64,000 bases of DNA from Octopus vulgaris (taxonomy: Eukaryota), in assembly GCA_951406725.2 (NCBI GenBank), contig OX597814.1:74152001-74216000 (forward strand), given 5' to 3'. Below are positions 39,196-52,911 of this stretch, in pieces. Each line of letters begins with the position of its first letter. Within the stretch, counting starts at the first letter, position 1. The position numbers and the translations under genes were made by a program. The notes under the pieces were generated by a model. The model ran no database searches. It was not told the DNA's origin and saw only the letters and a list, made by a program, of their open reading frames with translations.

Positions 39196-39595
39196 AGGCG
39201 GCGAGCTGGCAGAATCGTTAGCACGCCAGGCGAAATGCTTCGCGGTATTTTGTCTGCCGCTACGTTCTGAGTTCAAATTCCGCCGAGGTCGACTTTGCCT
39301 TTCATCTTTTCGGGGTCGATTAAATAAGTACCAGTTACGCACTGGGGTCGATATAATCGACTTAATCCGTTTGTCTGTCCTTGTTTGTCCTCTCTGTGTT
39401 TAGCCCCTTTTGGGAAGTAAAGAAATAGGTATTTCGTCCGTCTTCACGTTCTGAGTTCAAATGCGGCCGGGGTCGACTTTGTCTTTAATCCTTTTGGGGT
39501 CGATAAATTAAGTACCGGTGAAACATTGGGGTCGATGTAATCGACTTACCCCTTCTCCCAAAATTTTAGGCCTTGTGCCAAAAGTAGAAAGGGAT
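39196..39595 (+). mobile_element. Compound tRNA-derived SINE family A copy
   Basis: aaggcggcgagctggcagaatcgttagc head and B-box-like gagttcaaattcc twice; close inverted match to 33090-33471. Confidence 0.88.
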
Positions 39596-40469
39596 ATATC
39601 TGCTCTGTTACTTATATAGAGCATATTTTTGTTCTTAACTTATGACGTGTGTGTATGTATGTATTTGCGTATGTATGTGCATACGTACATAGTGGCTGAG
39701 AATTCAGCCACCTTAATATAATTTTCATGCAGAATCAGAGAGACACAAGGTTTAACAATATTTTACATTTTAAATTACAGGCATAATCCACTCGATGAGC
39801 TCCTATACATTTTCTGTTTAACCAAATTCGCTCACACGGCATGGGTTGACCCGAGGCTATAGAACATGACATCTTAGTTGTCACACTGTGATATCGACCC
39901 CAAAACTTCATATTTGCAAATTAATACGCGCGCGCATGCATATGTACGCACACACACAAATACACACAAACACACATACATATTTTATTTTAATTATCTC
40001 GCAGGAAGGCCTAGTATTGACGAGTCGTGTCCTGTCTTGCCTTCGAAACTCGCTAAGTCTACTAGCGACAGCTGATGATTGAGGATTTTCCTTGTGTAGC
40101 TTGTCCTGTACCTTGTTTTTCTGTTGTAAATAATGTTTTTCCCGTTTTCGTTCTCGTCCTGTTCCACGTCTCTGTCTTTCTGTTGTAAAAAAATGGCTTT
40201 TCCGTTTTCGTTTCTGTCGAGTCCTACGTCTTTTTGTGGTGTCCTGTACTTACGTATATATATTTATATATGCATGTATATATACATGTAGATGTAGGTA
40301 CGTACATATATGTTTGTATGTATGCATATATTTTATTTACTTATTTATTACACTATTGTCTGACAACGCTTCGCGTCGGGTTCGTTCGATTCTTCGCTTC
40401 GTTCCGTTTCTTATCCTCCCAGTATTGTTTTATATATATATATATATATATTTGTAAAGCATTTTTTTC

Positions 40470-40547
40470 GATGGCCCGATAACTGAAGAGATGCTGACGT
40501 GGGTTTCCGCCCCGACACCCGAAACTCGGAGTTTTATCATGGCTATC
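40470..40547 (+). ncRNA. Minimal hammerhead ribozyme motif (Penelope-like terminal repeat)
   Basis: GATAA-CTGAAGA-(imperfect stem II)-GAAA-CTCGGAG-TT-TTATC, with extended stem I GATGGCC/GGCTATC. Confidence 0.6.
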
Positions 40548-40640
40548 GAATAATTGTCACATTATATTTACAGATAAATTCCTCTATTTACATAATGTCG
40601 AGAGGTCTCTTTCATTCTTTTGTAGTCTTTTCATCTCTAT

Positions 40641-40712
<72 letters not shown>

Positions 40713-40744
40713 GTATGTATGTATATGTATATATATAGACGAAT

Positions 40745-43172
40745 ATAAGTATTCTTTTTACTTGTTTCAGTCATTTGACTGCAGCCATGTTGGAACACTG
40801 CCTTTAATCGAACAAATCGACCCCAGGACTTATTCTTTGTAAGCCTAGAACTTATTCTATCGGTCACTTTTGCCGAACCGCTAAGTTACGGGACGTAAAC
40901 ACACCAACATCGGTTGTTAAACAATGGTGGGGGTGGACAAACACAGACACACAAATACATACATATATATATATATATGACGGGATTCTTTCAGTTTCCG
41001 TCTACCAAATCCTCTCACAAGGCTTTGGTCGTCCCGAGGCAATAATAGAAGACACTTGCCCAAGGTGCCACGCAGTGGGACTGAACCCGGAACTATGTGT
41101 ATGGGAAGCAAGCTTCTTTATTTCATTAAATTTGCCACAAGGGCAGCACACAGAGAGAAGCTTGAGGGCTAGACAGAGACATTAATGGGATGAATGATGA
41201 TGATATAAGGATGATAAGGATGGGAGAAGACGAAAAGCGCCCGCCGACTTTCGCTTCTCTAAAACATTGTTCTTTTTTTTCTTTTTTCTTATTTAAAAAA
41301 AAAAAAACACAATGAGGCAATAAACCTCTTACACAGTTCAAAATTTAAAATAAAACACAAACACGAGGCAATAATCCTCTCACTTTTTACATTTTTAGTC
41401 TCTTTTTGAGGTAATACACCTCTTCAATTTTTCCGCCCGGCAAGGCTCCTCGCTTAATCGAAGCACCTGGTCCGTTCCGAACTTAAAAAGGTTTCAACAT
41501 AAATCTGAAGGAGTCCTTCGGGAAGGAGTTCGTTATCCTGCACAGATCGTTCTCCCATATGACATCCGCAGCCACCTGCGAAGGCCACTCAGGGTCCTCC
41601 GTGTAGGACAGAAGCCCCTTTCACCGGCACTTCCTTTCAATTTTATTAAATTTCATTTTGCAAGGTTCCTCCCTTGTGGAAGAGGACCCAAAATTCCTCT
41701 TCCAGCAGCACACCCGCCAAAGGAGAATCGGGACACGCCGGCAGCGTGTCACAAGCCACCAGCAATGTCCCGTTTTTCTTTTCTTTTTCCCTTGGGCTGC
41801 GGGAGGGTGGTGTTCCCTTGCTGTGTCCAGCAGGTCCTCCTTTTCTTCCGCAGCTCTCGGGTTACCTTTCGCTTTCGTTTTTTCGAGGAGGTTTCCACCT
41901 CCTCGACATCCTCCTCCTTCTCTCCCTCCATTGAGGGAGCAGGGAGTGGTTCCTCTGTTAACTGCTCCTGGATCCTATTTTGGTCCTTGGGGCAGTTTTT
42001 CTTGATGTGGTCGGTCTCCAGGCACAGGTGATACTTGGAGGGGGGCGTCCCTCGAACATCACCGGATACCTAGACCTGGCCATCCTCAAAAAATCTGGGC
42101 AAACCAGACTTTCGGCTGATTGGGTCCATAGGGTCAACACAGCTTTTGACCCCTCCCAATCAGCTGCAGGTAAAATTTTTACGTTGAGCAGCTTGGTACT
42201 GCTACCACCCAGACCCCGGTGGATAGAGTTTTCTATCCACTCGGGCTCAATTCCGGGTGGCAAGCCGCAAACCCAAGCCCTCATTAACTTCTTCCCACAA
42301 TAACTGGAAAGAAACATTATTTCTTTCCCCTCGAGGGGCCGGCTTGCAAAATCGCAAGCTTCTTTGGAGGAGTCAAATAGCAACCAGACCGTTGCAAATT
42401 TGACTCCCCGTGAAATAAATTTAATAGCTGGCATGTATTCTGCCAGCTCTTTCAAAATTGTGGCTTTCGGGAAGACGGTTATGGTATCGAGCGACTTTGA
42501 ATAAGTCCTCAACACCACCGTCTTCCTTTCGAGCTCTTTTAGCCATGATTTGGGAGGTGTTAATTCCCACACTAATATTTCCTTTGCCATTTTTTTTTAA
42601 AATAAAAAGTTCAAATACAGTTCGTCAATACGTTTTCAAATAAAGAAGATACACAAAAAAAGAAAGAAGACACAACAGAAGGGAAGAAAAAATTAAAATA
42701 ACAGTTCAAATAAAGTTCTTTTTTAAAAATAAATGATAGCTGTGAAAAGAGAGTTCAAATCCAGGCAAAGAAATAAATTTTCGGCCGTAGGTACTCCTGG
42801 CCAATCCTTTTAATCCACGTGGGCACAAAAATTTTCAAATACAATTTCTCACAATTATGTGAGACAACACACACGTCTCCACAGCAAGGCAGACAAAAAG
42901 CTTCGAATCCAGTAAGGACTCCCTGTCTGTTCAAAAAAATAAAACCAACAGGCAACAAATCCTACCGGACTCAAAAAGCAAAAAGTCTTACCTTACAGTA
43001 GAGCGTCTTTCAGTTCAACTTTCGCCAGCTGCATACCAGCGTGACGACTTCAACAGGTGCGTGAAGAACACTGTTTTTGTTCTTTTTTCTTTTTAGGACG
43101 GAGCTCAAAGCTACACGTCCTCACAGTTCAACCGGAAGCAAGCTTCTTACCACACAGCTACTTCTGCGCCTA
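40745..43172 (-). mobile_element. tRNA-derived SINE family C, split in its head by a 2-kb insertion (pieces 40745-41118 and 43134-43172)
   Basis: ...gcagtgggactgaacccggaac...ggaagcaagcttctt resumes at 43134 as ggaagcaagcttcttaccacacagc. An uninterrupted head of the same family is at 63934-64000. Confidence 0.85.
41119..43133 (-). mobile_element. ORF1-only (gag-like, HAL1-type) non-LTR retroposon with a 15-bp TSD
   Basis: TSD GGAAGCAAGCTTCTT at 41104-41118 and 43134-43148. ORF from 42590 with FEGRPP, then after a frameshift the zinc-knuckle remnant YHLCLETDHIKKNCP and a charged/basic tail. No EN or RT motifs seen. Confidence 0.75.
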
Positions 43173-43278
43173 CATACATGCATACATACATACATGCATA
43201 CATACATACATACATACATACATAAATACATACATACATACATACATAAATACATACATACATACATACATACATACA

Positions 43279-43309
<31 letters not shown>

Positions 43310-43314
43310 GCAGA

Positions 43315-44110
43315 TATCAGCCCAAAGAATACTGGTGGAACATTCCCATCAAAATATGTGTTAAGTGCAAGCGTAACAGGCCGGATATTGTTGTTTCAGA
43401 GAGACAAAAAAAAGTGTGTACAGTCATAGAGGTCAGCTGTTCTACTGATGTGAATGTCTCTTAGAAAATCAAAGAGAAAAAAGATATCTATGGACAACTG
43501 ATTCGAAACTTCCAGCTTCTATATCCGGATTACAAATTTACATTTATACCAATAATAATTGGTGCACTTGGTTTTGTAAGTAAATATCTAACTAAATAAA
43601 CTTGAATTTTCAGACAAAATAAATAAACTAGAAAAGCACCCCGAGAGCGCAGACCTCCGCCAAGCTCATTTTAAGATAGATACGCGAGTAAAATTACTAA
43701 TAGAGAAATGAAAATAAACTTTGGAAACAGCAACTCCACCATAGGTTACGTGGAAACGATGAACGTGTTTTCAAGAGAGATAATCAAAGAACGTAACATT
43801 GTAATACTTCATGTAAAGTAAAGATAACAAATGAAAAATCCTTCAAGAATCCATAAAATTTCCTGGATCACTACCAACATTTCATCATCTGTTCCTTGTG
43901 TCATTACCAACTTTTCCTGTAAGTTTCATCAAATACCGTTCACAACTTTTTGAGTTATTTTGCACACAAACGGACAAACCAACGCCGATGAAAACATAAC
44001 CTCCTTCCTTGGCGGAGGTAATAAATAAACCAACTGATTCGCACATTACAAATACAATTTGTAAGCAGAACAGTAAAACTATGAAAAACTTTTCTCACGT
44101 TTAAAATGAG
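43315..44110 (+). mobile_element. 3' RLE-domain fragment of an R4/Dong-like LINE, interrupted by the element at 43627-44022
   Basis: WWNIPIK...NRPDIVV...CTVIEVSC..D; FIPIIIGALG. Confidence 0.7.
43627..44022. mobile_element. Helentron/DINE-like non-autonomous element; second copy at ~55092-55461, short fragment at 48601-48637
   Basis: Asymmetric subterminal inverted repeat acctccgccaag / cttggcggaggt; the two long copies align along their length. Confidence 0.65.
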
Positions 44111-44269
44111 ACACTGTTTTCGTTATGTACGTTCCAAAGATGGGGCTTTATATCTTTGTTAGAAATTAGCTCCTTCTTCAAAGTAAGAATTAAAATAATT
44201 TAAAAAACAGAAAAGAACACATACATACATACATACATACATACATACATACATACATACATACATACA

Positions 44270-44300
<31 letters not shown>

Positions 44301-44724
44301 CCATATATATATATAGTCTGTTTGTATACGTATATGGGAATACACAAATATATATACCGTAATTGTAAAACAGATCATGAACGGCAAATGCTCCTCAAAG
44401 ACTTATGACTTATCCAGAATTCTTGTACTTAAGTCTCCAAAAGACTACATGCATTTCATCGCACAGAGTATCTCCAAGGACGTCATTGTTCATATCTTCT
44501 AATTCTTGTTCTGAATTCAAATTCCCCTTATGCTGGATTTCTTTCTCTAGTGCTGGAAAATATGCACAGGATTCAATCTAATCGACGAATCCCTTGAAGA
44601 CAACTTTGTCCAGTCTACTAAAATTGGTAAAAATAAAAATAAAAAACGAAAAACACGTGTTTGTGTGTGTAGAATGTAAGCATTGACATTTTCTTCGACG
44701 ATATTACCCAAACCTAAAAGTTAA

Positions 44725-44925
44725 GAGGCCGAGCTGGTTGAATCGTTAGCAACCCTAGCGGCATTTCGCCCGTCTTTACATTCTGAGTTCAAATTCCGCC
44801 GAGGTCGAATTTGCCTTTCATCCTTTCGGGATCGATAAAATAAGTATCAGTTGAGCACTGGGGGTCAATGTAATCGAATTACCCCCATCCCTGAACTCTC
44901 TGACTTTGTGCCAGAATTAGAAATC
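44725..44925 (+). mobile_element. SINE family A copy
   Basis: gagttcaaattccgccgaggtcgaatttgcctttcatcctttcggg. Confidence 0.8.
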
Positions 44926-45769
44926 AATATTACCTAATAGACGGTAGATGTCAGGCGCTCATCTTCGGCCTGCACTTGAACCAGAACAGCAGCTTGGGGA
45001 CATGGCGATTTGAGAGCTGGGGGTTGACAAATAACGATTACATTTGCTCAATGTATATGTAGATATTGCAGTCGCAACACCCGATTATGCATCATCGTCA
45101 TCCTCTGACACACGCATTTACTCTGGAAAGAGAGGGCATCAACAGTAAATGGACCTAATAACTAGCGGCATCCCTTTCTGCAACACGAAACAAAAGATCA
45201 AACATACCACTCCAATGAAATGTTCCTAGGAGCACAACATAGAGGTCAAGAAATAATAAAATACCACAAAAGGAATGAATAAAACAATTTTGTGCTCCAT
45301 TTTATTGCAATATTTAGTCCTAACCTAAGAAAGGCCACAGCTTTTGAGATCGTACATTATGATCTATTTTCTGTGTTCGCCATTGTTGCCTGACTTTTCA
45401 CTGATAAGCTTCTTGTTTCCTTCAGACTTCTTTATGCAAGTATATTCACGATCAATCAAAATGTTTTTCAACTCATGTTATATATGTGAGCCCCACCGTA
45501 TGCATATCTAATATGCAGAATATTTCCCTGAGAATGTTGTTTATGAGTGTCCACCCTGATTGTCAATTCCTTATTTAGACAATATACTTACTGGGATATT
45601 ATATTTTGTGAGAAGAAATAAACGACAGCATCAACCTTAATACATAGATTTATTTTTCGATGAGAATGAATTTTAAATATGACATTCGTAGGACTTAAAT
45701 TTCAGAATGTAAACTGATGCAATAAAATACATTTTAGCCCATCACTACCATTTTCATTATCCTCAGCTC

Positions 45770-45770
45770 T

Positions 45771-45831
<61 letters not shown>

Positions 45832-45841
45832 GAAGATGATA

Positions 45842-45896
<55 letters not shown>

Positions 45897-45942
45897 CGAC
45901 GACGACGACGACGAGGAGGAGGAGGAGGAGGAGGAGGAGGAG
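45770..45942. repeat. Compound trinucleotide microsatellite (GAT)n-(GAC)n-(GAG)n
   Basis: Seen directly. Confidence 0.95.
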
Positions 45943-47176
45943 GGGGGTTCTAATTGTGGTAAAACCCCAGATTTATGAACAGTGCTGTAGCCGACTTAAT
46001 CGTTTAGGGCAACCACGGGATTTGAAGTCAACTGCAGCAGGGTGATAAGCATTTTTTTCCCGAACACTATAAGCATGTACTATTATGCAGGACCGGGGTC
46101 GTCTTAACAGCATTATAGGTCCCAGGAAAATCAGTAAACTGGGTCCTATAGTGTTTACTTATTGACAGCAAGTCACAACACACATAGATCAGAATTGGGC
46201 CCCTAGGACGGTATTGTGTAGGGGCTAATTAATTTATATACTGTAATTTATACTCGCGTGTACATACACACATATGCAAACATTCATACATACATACATA
46301 CATACATAAATACATACATACATACATACATACATACATACATACATACATACATACATACATACATACATACATACATACATAATACATTGCAACCTAA
46401 ATATACAGGGTCACGGGATATAGGATTAGAACGTGTGAGTTTCTTAGCCCACGCATTTTAACCCACACAATTCAAAAAATGACGCATCATCTCGTGCCTG
46501 TATTATTAAAATGGTAATTTATATCTTTAAGTCATAAGAAGAAATGAGAGTAAAAAAGAAAACATATATAAGCTTTCCACCAATTGTGCAAAGGAATAAA
46601 ATAAGTTAACCAGTAAAATGTTAAGCTTTCGTTCGCACAACATTGGTGATGACGTTGGTACTGAAATATCTCGAAAAAGACACGTGTACGAACCTCGCTC
46701 TCTTTTTGAGACACGCGGACTTGAGAAATAGGCTTAAATGGGGTACTGTTTTCACCTTTGCAGAAAAAACCCCAGATAAGATAAAAGATGTCTGTCTCAA
46801 ACATTGTGTGGCTCATTCTGGCTGCTTTTTTTTTCCTTCTCTTTTTTTTTTTTCATTCTTTCTTTGTTTTCCAAATTTGAAATGAAAAAGGAAATACTTG
46901 ATTATGATGTAATCAATTGATTGATTATCTATTTCTAGAAAACTAGATTTCTAAACTGATGAGGTATGCGATTCACAAACAGGCTGTCTAGAGACATAGA
47001 ACATACATGAAATGTATTAGCAAGATTAAATGCATCGACCATATCCCCAGCCATCTACTTATAATGGTACTTTGACGAAAACGCAAAATAATGTTCCTCT
47101 TTTCCTCCCGTACAGGAAAAATGGATGATCCAATAATTGCTTACAAACATGAATACATACATACATTCACACAGAA

Positions 47177-47251
<75 letters not shown>

Positions 47252-47315
47252 TACATACATACATACATACATACATACACACATACATACATACATACAT
47301 ACATACATACATACA

Positions 47316-47344
<29 letters not shown>

Positions 47345-47346
<2 letters not shown>

Positions 47347-47970
47347 GCAAGAAGCCCTTCAACTTGCTAAAGTTTCAATGGTTCCAGTGAGAATAGTCAA
47401 AGCCATAGCTGACCTGATTTCATCGTCGGCTACCATCTTGAAATTAAACACAAAGAGTGAATGTATTATAACCGATAGGATACAGTATCGCAAAGGCATA
47501 CTCCAAGGAGACAGCCTCTTTGTGATATTTATACTTTCTGTAAACCTCTTGTCATTCATGTTAAGGAAGTCTGAAAAATATCTCACTGGTTCACAAGGAA
47601 ACAGAAATACCAAAATTACACACTGTTTCTTTGTGGATGACTTGAAACTTTATGCAAAGAATATACATGAGATGAAAAAGAGTTTTGACCTAGTTACAAC
47701 ATTCTCAAAAGATGTAGGGTTGGAGTTTGGTCAGGATAAGTGTTATCATTTGGTTGTGAAAAGAGGGAATACTATAAACCAGACTAGTAACATCTCCATC
47801 AATGATTTGACTGTTCCTCTGTATCTGACGAGGACTGTTACAGGTATCTAGGGGTGGATGAAAATATCTTACAATGGTACCTGTAACAAAACACGTGTCA
47901 CTAAAGAATATTACAGCCTAATAAAGAAAATTTGGATCTCAGAACTCTCTACATTCAATAAAACTATATG
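47345..47970 (+). mobile_element. RT fragment of an R4/Dong-like LINE
   Basis: RKGILQGDSL, HCFFVDDLKLYA, GLEFGQDKC, YRYLGVDEN. Confidence 0.82.
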
Positions 47971-48024
47971 AGCATGTCTAGATATGCAACATGAAAATGC
48001 ATACATAAAACATACAAATCTGCT

Positions 48025-48070
<46 letters not shown>

Positions 48071-49719
48071 TACATACATACATACATACATACATACATA
48101 CATACATACATACATACATACATACATACATACATACATACAAATGGCTGCAAATTGATTTCAGATTGTTCTCTTAAAACATTAGCAGCAGTAATGTGGC
48201 TTTTAAGTTTTCCTAGTTTTCCTACACTCATCTGCACAGATGTGACAACGATGAGTGTCTTTTGCAGCAGGTGTTCAGAAAGCTTACCACCTACGCTGAC
48301 ACATGCCTTTATTGTATCATTGAGTTTTGGGGGGTTTTTTTCATTTTTTTATTTACTTATATATATTTTTTTTTTCTCGCCTACGGCCAGCCATGGTGCG
48401 CAACACGTAACAGATATCTATCAAAGACTGTGCTGCGTCTGAAGCTTCTTAAAATGAGGAACGGTTTTGTACAGGGCGAACCTCACTCTCTAAATAACAT
48501 ATGCATTTGGCCAAAAAGAAAAACATTGGATGCAAACGTAGTTGCAGCAGAGAGATGTCTAAACAAAGACTAGGGCTTCATGCAAACAATGCACAAAGAA
48601 ACTAGAAAAGCACTCGGAGAGTGCAGTCCTCCGCCAAAACCAGCAGGACCAGCACTACGACGACGACGATGACCACCACCACAACCACTACCACCATATC
48701 ACAATCACCACCACAACTATCCTACCACTATCACCATCACCACAACCACCAACATCATCAGCAGCATTATCACTGCTTCCACTTCAACCACATACATCGC
48801 CATCAACGTTATCATGACGGTTACCTTGACAGTCACTTTCACCACCACAACCAGTATAACCACTACAATACCACCATCACACAACTAACACTATCATCAA
48901 CACCACTATTATCACCATCACCTCAGCATCACGCATCACACCACTCCTGTCGCCATTATAACTGTAACGGGAACTCGTTGCTTCTTACACTTTTGGGGTG
49001 CAACTCAGGTGCAACACAATTTCCGTTCTTTAATTTCCAGAATCTACCAGTCATGGAACACGAACGCAACCTTAAAAATATATATATTCTTTATTTTCTT
49101 ATTCACAGAAAGATATAAGGTGGTATAATGGTATCCACTTGGTTCTGGTGTGGCAAGGCTGAGCTTTAACACTTGTAAGAATCTTACAACAAGTTCAGCA
49201 GCAAAACAAAGTATGGTCAAATCTTAGCGTCCAGAGACAGCGGAGAAAATAGGTCTGCTACAATCTCGTATGAAGGCGTTCTGCTGCTATCGTGTCTCTC
49301 TGTGCCCTTGTTAAGGGAACGCTGTCCCTCACCTATCAGCTAATGCCACATCAGCAATTCCTTCTTCAGTCTTCGCGCATGTCCGAGAGGGCACTTCCCT
49401 TCTGCCTTTCCAGAAGGCTCCAACCCCGCACACGCACACTGAAGAAGGACGTTCCGCATACGCACACTGAAAATGACGTTGCACGCGCGCACTGTTGTAT
49501 AACGTCACTACAAAAGCTCCCCCTCGAGTGCGGAAGCACGAAACAAAATTCCTTGTAGTGACTTTAAAACTCAAGGTAGATACCAAATCACGAAAATGAC
49601 AATATGACAAATCAAGGCAGAATTTACAATATAAACAAGAATGCACCAAAATGGAAAAAAGAAAAAATACTCAAATGAACAAAGTTCAATAAGTATTGTA
49701 ACTGTCACAATTGAGAATG

Positions 49720-52700
49720 TCAAATATAAATAGTTTTTGAAAGTTTTTTTGGCCAGTGAACAGTTCTGCCTGACCTCGTAACATAAGGTTTGTTCGAGGC
49801 GGGCTGCGACGACGAAGGTTGTGTTGTGGTAGGTGCATGTGTGAATGCTGGTGTTGTCATAGGCGCATGTGTGAATGGTTCAACGATGGTTGTGGCCGTG
49901 GGGTCATCAAAAGATGTGGACACCTCAAAATATGCCCTTTTAAGGCGATCTACGGAGACGGTCTCCGAACGACCGTTAATGTCAATTTTGAATACCTTCG
50001 GCGTGTGGGAAATCACACGAAAAGGTCCTTTGTAAGGAGTAACAAGAGGTCCTTTGACAGAATCATCACGTACAAAAACATGCGTCCAAGAATTAAGATC
50101 TGATGGCACACCAGAAGGAGGATTTTGGTGTCGAGGGTCCATAGGAGGAAGGGCAGAAAAATATCTGCGTAGTCGAGCAACATAAGACTCTAAATTAAGA
50201 GACTGTGACTTGTCTGGCACCAACATCGTACCAGGCAATGTCAGTGTGGTACCATACAAGAGCTCGGCAGACGAAAAACCAAGGTCTGCTTTAATCGCAG
50301 TCCGACATCCAAGCAGGACGATAGGTAGAAATTCAGTCCACGACTGTGGATTCGGCGAGGCACGCAACGCGGCCTTAAGTTGCCTGTGGAAACGCTCCAC
50401 CATCCCATTAGAAGCGGGGTGGTAACTAGTGGTGCGTATATGATGCATCCCCAGGATTCGTGATAACTCACGAAACAAAGCAGACTCGAATTGTCGACCA
50501 CGATCTGTGGTTAAACTGGACGGTACACCATACCTAGAAATCCAATTAGACACGAAAGCTTTCGCAACAGTTTCAGCAGAAATGTCTGCTATAGGAATAG
50601 CTTCCGGCCAACGTAAAAAACGATCAATACAAGTTAAAATGTATGAGAACCCGCGACTCACAGGCCATGGTCCAACCAAATCAAGGTGGACATGGCGAAA
50701 ACGGGCTACAGGAGAAGAAAACTGTCCAAGTGGAGCACGAACGTGTCTATGGACTTTAGCACTCTGGCACCTCAAACAAGAGCGTGCCCAAGAGGTAATT
50801 GATCGTCGCATATTGGGCCAGAAGAACCGAGCAGTAACAAGCTTTACTGTGGCAGAGATACCTGGATGTGACAGTGAATGAAGAGCATCAAACACAGAAC
50901 GTTGATGTTTCTCAGGTACTAATGGTCTAGGTGAACCGGTAGAGACGTCACAAAGAATAGAGCCTTCTGCTGAAGGTAGGCAAACTTACAGTTAATAAAC
51001 TTAGGCGAAGTTAAATCCAACTCCTCTAAAGGTGGTTGATCCTGCGAAATAGCAGTTAAGTCAATTGCTGCAGGAGAGGAAATGGAATTGACAGGGAGTC
51101 TAGAGGGAGCATCAGCAGGGACGTTCTCCTTCCCTGGCACATGCCTAATATCACTTGTAAATTGAGAAATATAGTCCAGGTGACGGAAAGCACGAGGAGA
51201 GAGTTTATCCGTTTTAGAAGATAGTGCAAAAGTAAGGGGCTTGTGATCAGTATAAATCACAAACTCTCGTCCCTCGAGCTGGTGCTGAAAATGCCGAACT
51301 GACAGATAGATCGCTAGTAACTCTCGATCAAAAGTACTATATCTGCGTTCAGCTGGCTTTAGCTGGCAAGAAAAGAAAGCCAAAGGTTTAGCTTCACCCT
51401 CTACGGTGTGCTGCAAAACAGCGCCAACTGCAGAATCTGATGCGTCCACAGATAAAGTAAGTGGAGCATCAGGAGCCGGATGTGCTAAAACAGGGACTGA
51501 AGCTAGTTCCTTTTTAACTAACTCAAAGGCAGACAGTGCTTCAGCTGAAAGAGTAAGACGGGCGTCCTTTTTAGAATTGCCCTTTAGCATCTGCGTTAAA
51601 GGAAACAACTTGTCCGCACACCGATTTATGAAACGTCGATAGAAATTAACTATACCCAAAAAATGGCGAACTTGACGCAAAGAAGAAGGTGGTGCGATGC
51701 GCTGAATAGCATCGACTTTAGACGAGAGTGGTTTGATTCCACTCGAATCAATATAATGACCGAGAAAATCAAGAGATGGTTGCCCAAAAACACACTTGTC
51801 TGGATTAATGCGAATACCATAGTCGCGAAGACGCTGAAAAAGCTGAGACAAGTGCAGGAGATGATTCTCATGCGTATCACTTGCGATGAGAATATCATCG
51901 ACATACGCGAAAACAAAATCAAGTCCACGAACAACTTCATCCTATAAAACGTTGGAACGTATTAGTAGCGTTCTGCAAACCAAAACTCATAAACAAAAAT
52001 TCGAAACAGCCAAAAGGAGTGGTAATTGCCGTTTTAGGAACATCGTCTGGGTTGACCGGTATTTGATGATAAGCACGTATGAGGTCAACCTTAGAAACAA
52101 TGGTACAGCCATGAAGATTTGCTGAAAAGTCGTTGAGATTCCTAATTGGGTATCTGTCCGGAATTGTCACAGAATTTAGACGCCGATAATCTCCCACCGG
52201 GCGAAAATCTGTATCCCCTTTTCGAACTAAATGAAGGGGTGATGCCCATGGACTGGTGGATGGGCGTATCAGACCAAGCTGGAGCATATGCTCAAACTCA
52301 GCCCTAGCCGTTTTAAGACGGTCAGGTGCAAGACGCCGTGGGCGCGAAAAAACAGGCGGCCCAGTAGTTGTAATAAAATGTTGTGTCGAGTGTAATGGCT
52401 TTGCCACTTTAAAGGTAACATCAAGTAGCTCTGGAAAAGAGGCCAAAAGAGAGTGAAAAACGTCTCCAGATGTAGAAACAAAAAATGTCGGGCTAAGAGC
52501 TGAATCGGTAGATTCTCTGGTCGGCGTGGAAAGTGTAGTCGACCTATCGACTAGCCTCCGACGTCTGACATCTACCAATAAATCAAAATTACTTAGAAAA
52601 TCCGCACATAAAATAGGATGCTGAATGTCAGCAATGATAAAAACCCATTGAAAATCTCGACGAAGATTAATGTCAAGGCGTAAAGAGATCTGACCGAATG

Positions 52701-52911
52701 TGGCTATTGGTGACGAATCAATAGCATGCAATGTAACATTAGATCGTTTTGGCCTGTCGGTTGTGAGACGCAGAGGCCAAATGCTGCAACAAGAACCAGT
52801 GTCCACCATGAAGTTTTTCTTCGACACTTGATCCTTGACGAAAAATGCACGATAACTAGGAAATGATGTGGAGGAAGTTGACGTGCTCAAATTCTCCGAA
52901 GCTAGTTTAAA
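49720..52911 (-). pseudogene. Gypsy pol (protease, RT, RNase H, integrase) with two frameshifts (~51942 and ~50970)
   Basis: VDTGS protease, RPVGDYRRLN, AYVDDILIAS, RNase H DAS and TDHKPL, integrase H..SHPG / C..CQ and [12 protein letters not shown]. Confidence 0.95.

Noticed and set aside
39196-39290. tRNA-like sequence with A/B boxes
   Set aside because: It is the head of a multi-copy SINE; no complete cloverleaf, so it is not called a tRNA gene.
48621-49118. His/Thr-rich 165-aa ORF
   Set aside because: Degenerate (CAC/CAT)n low-complexity DNA running into the Gypsy LTR.
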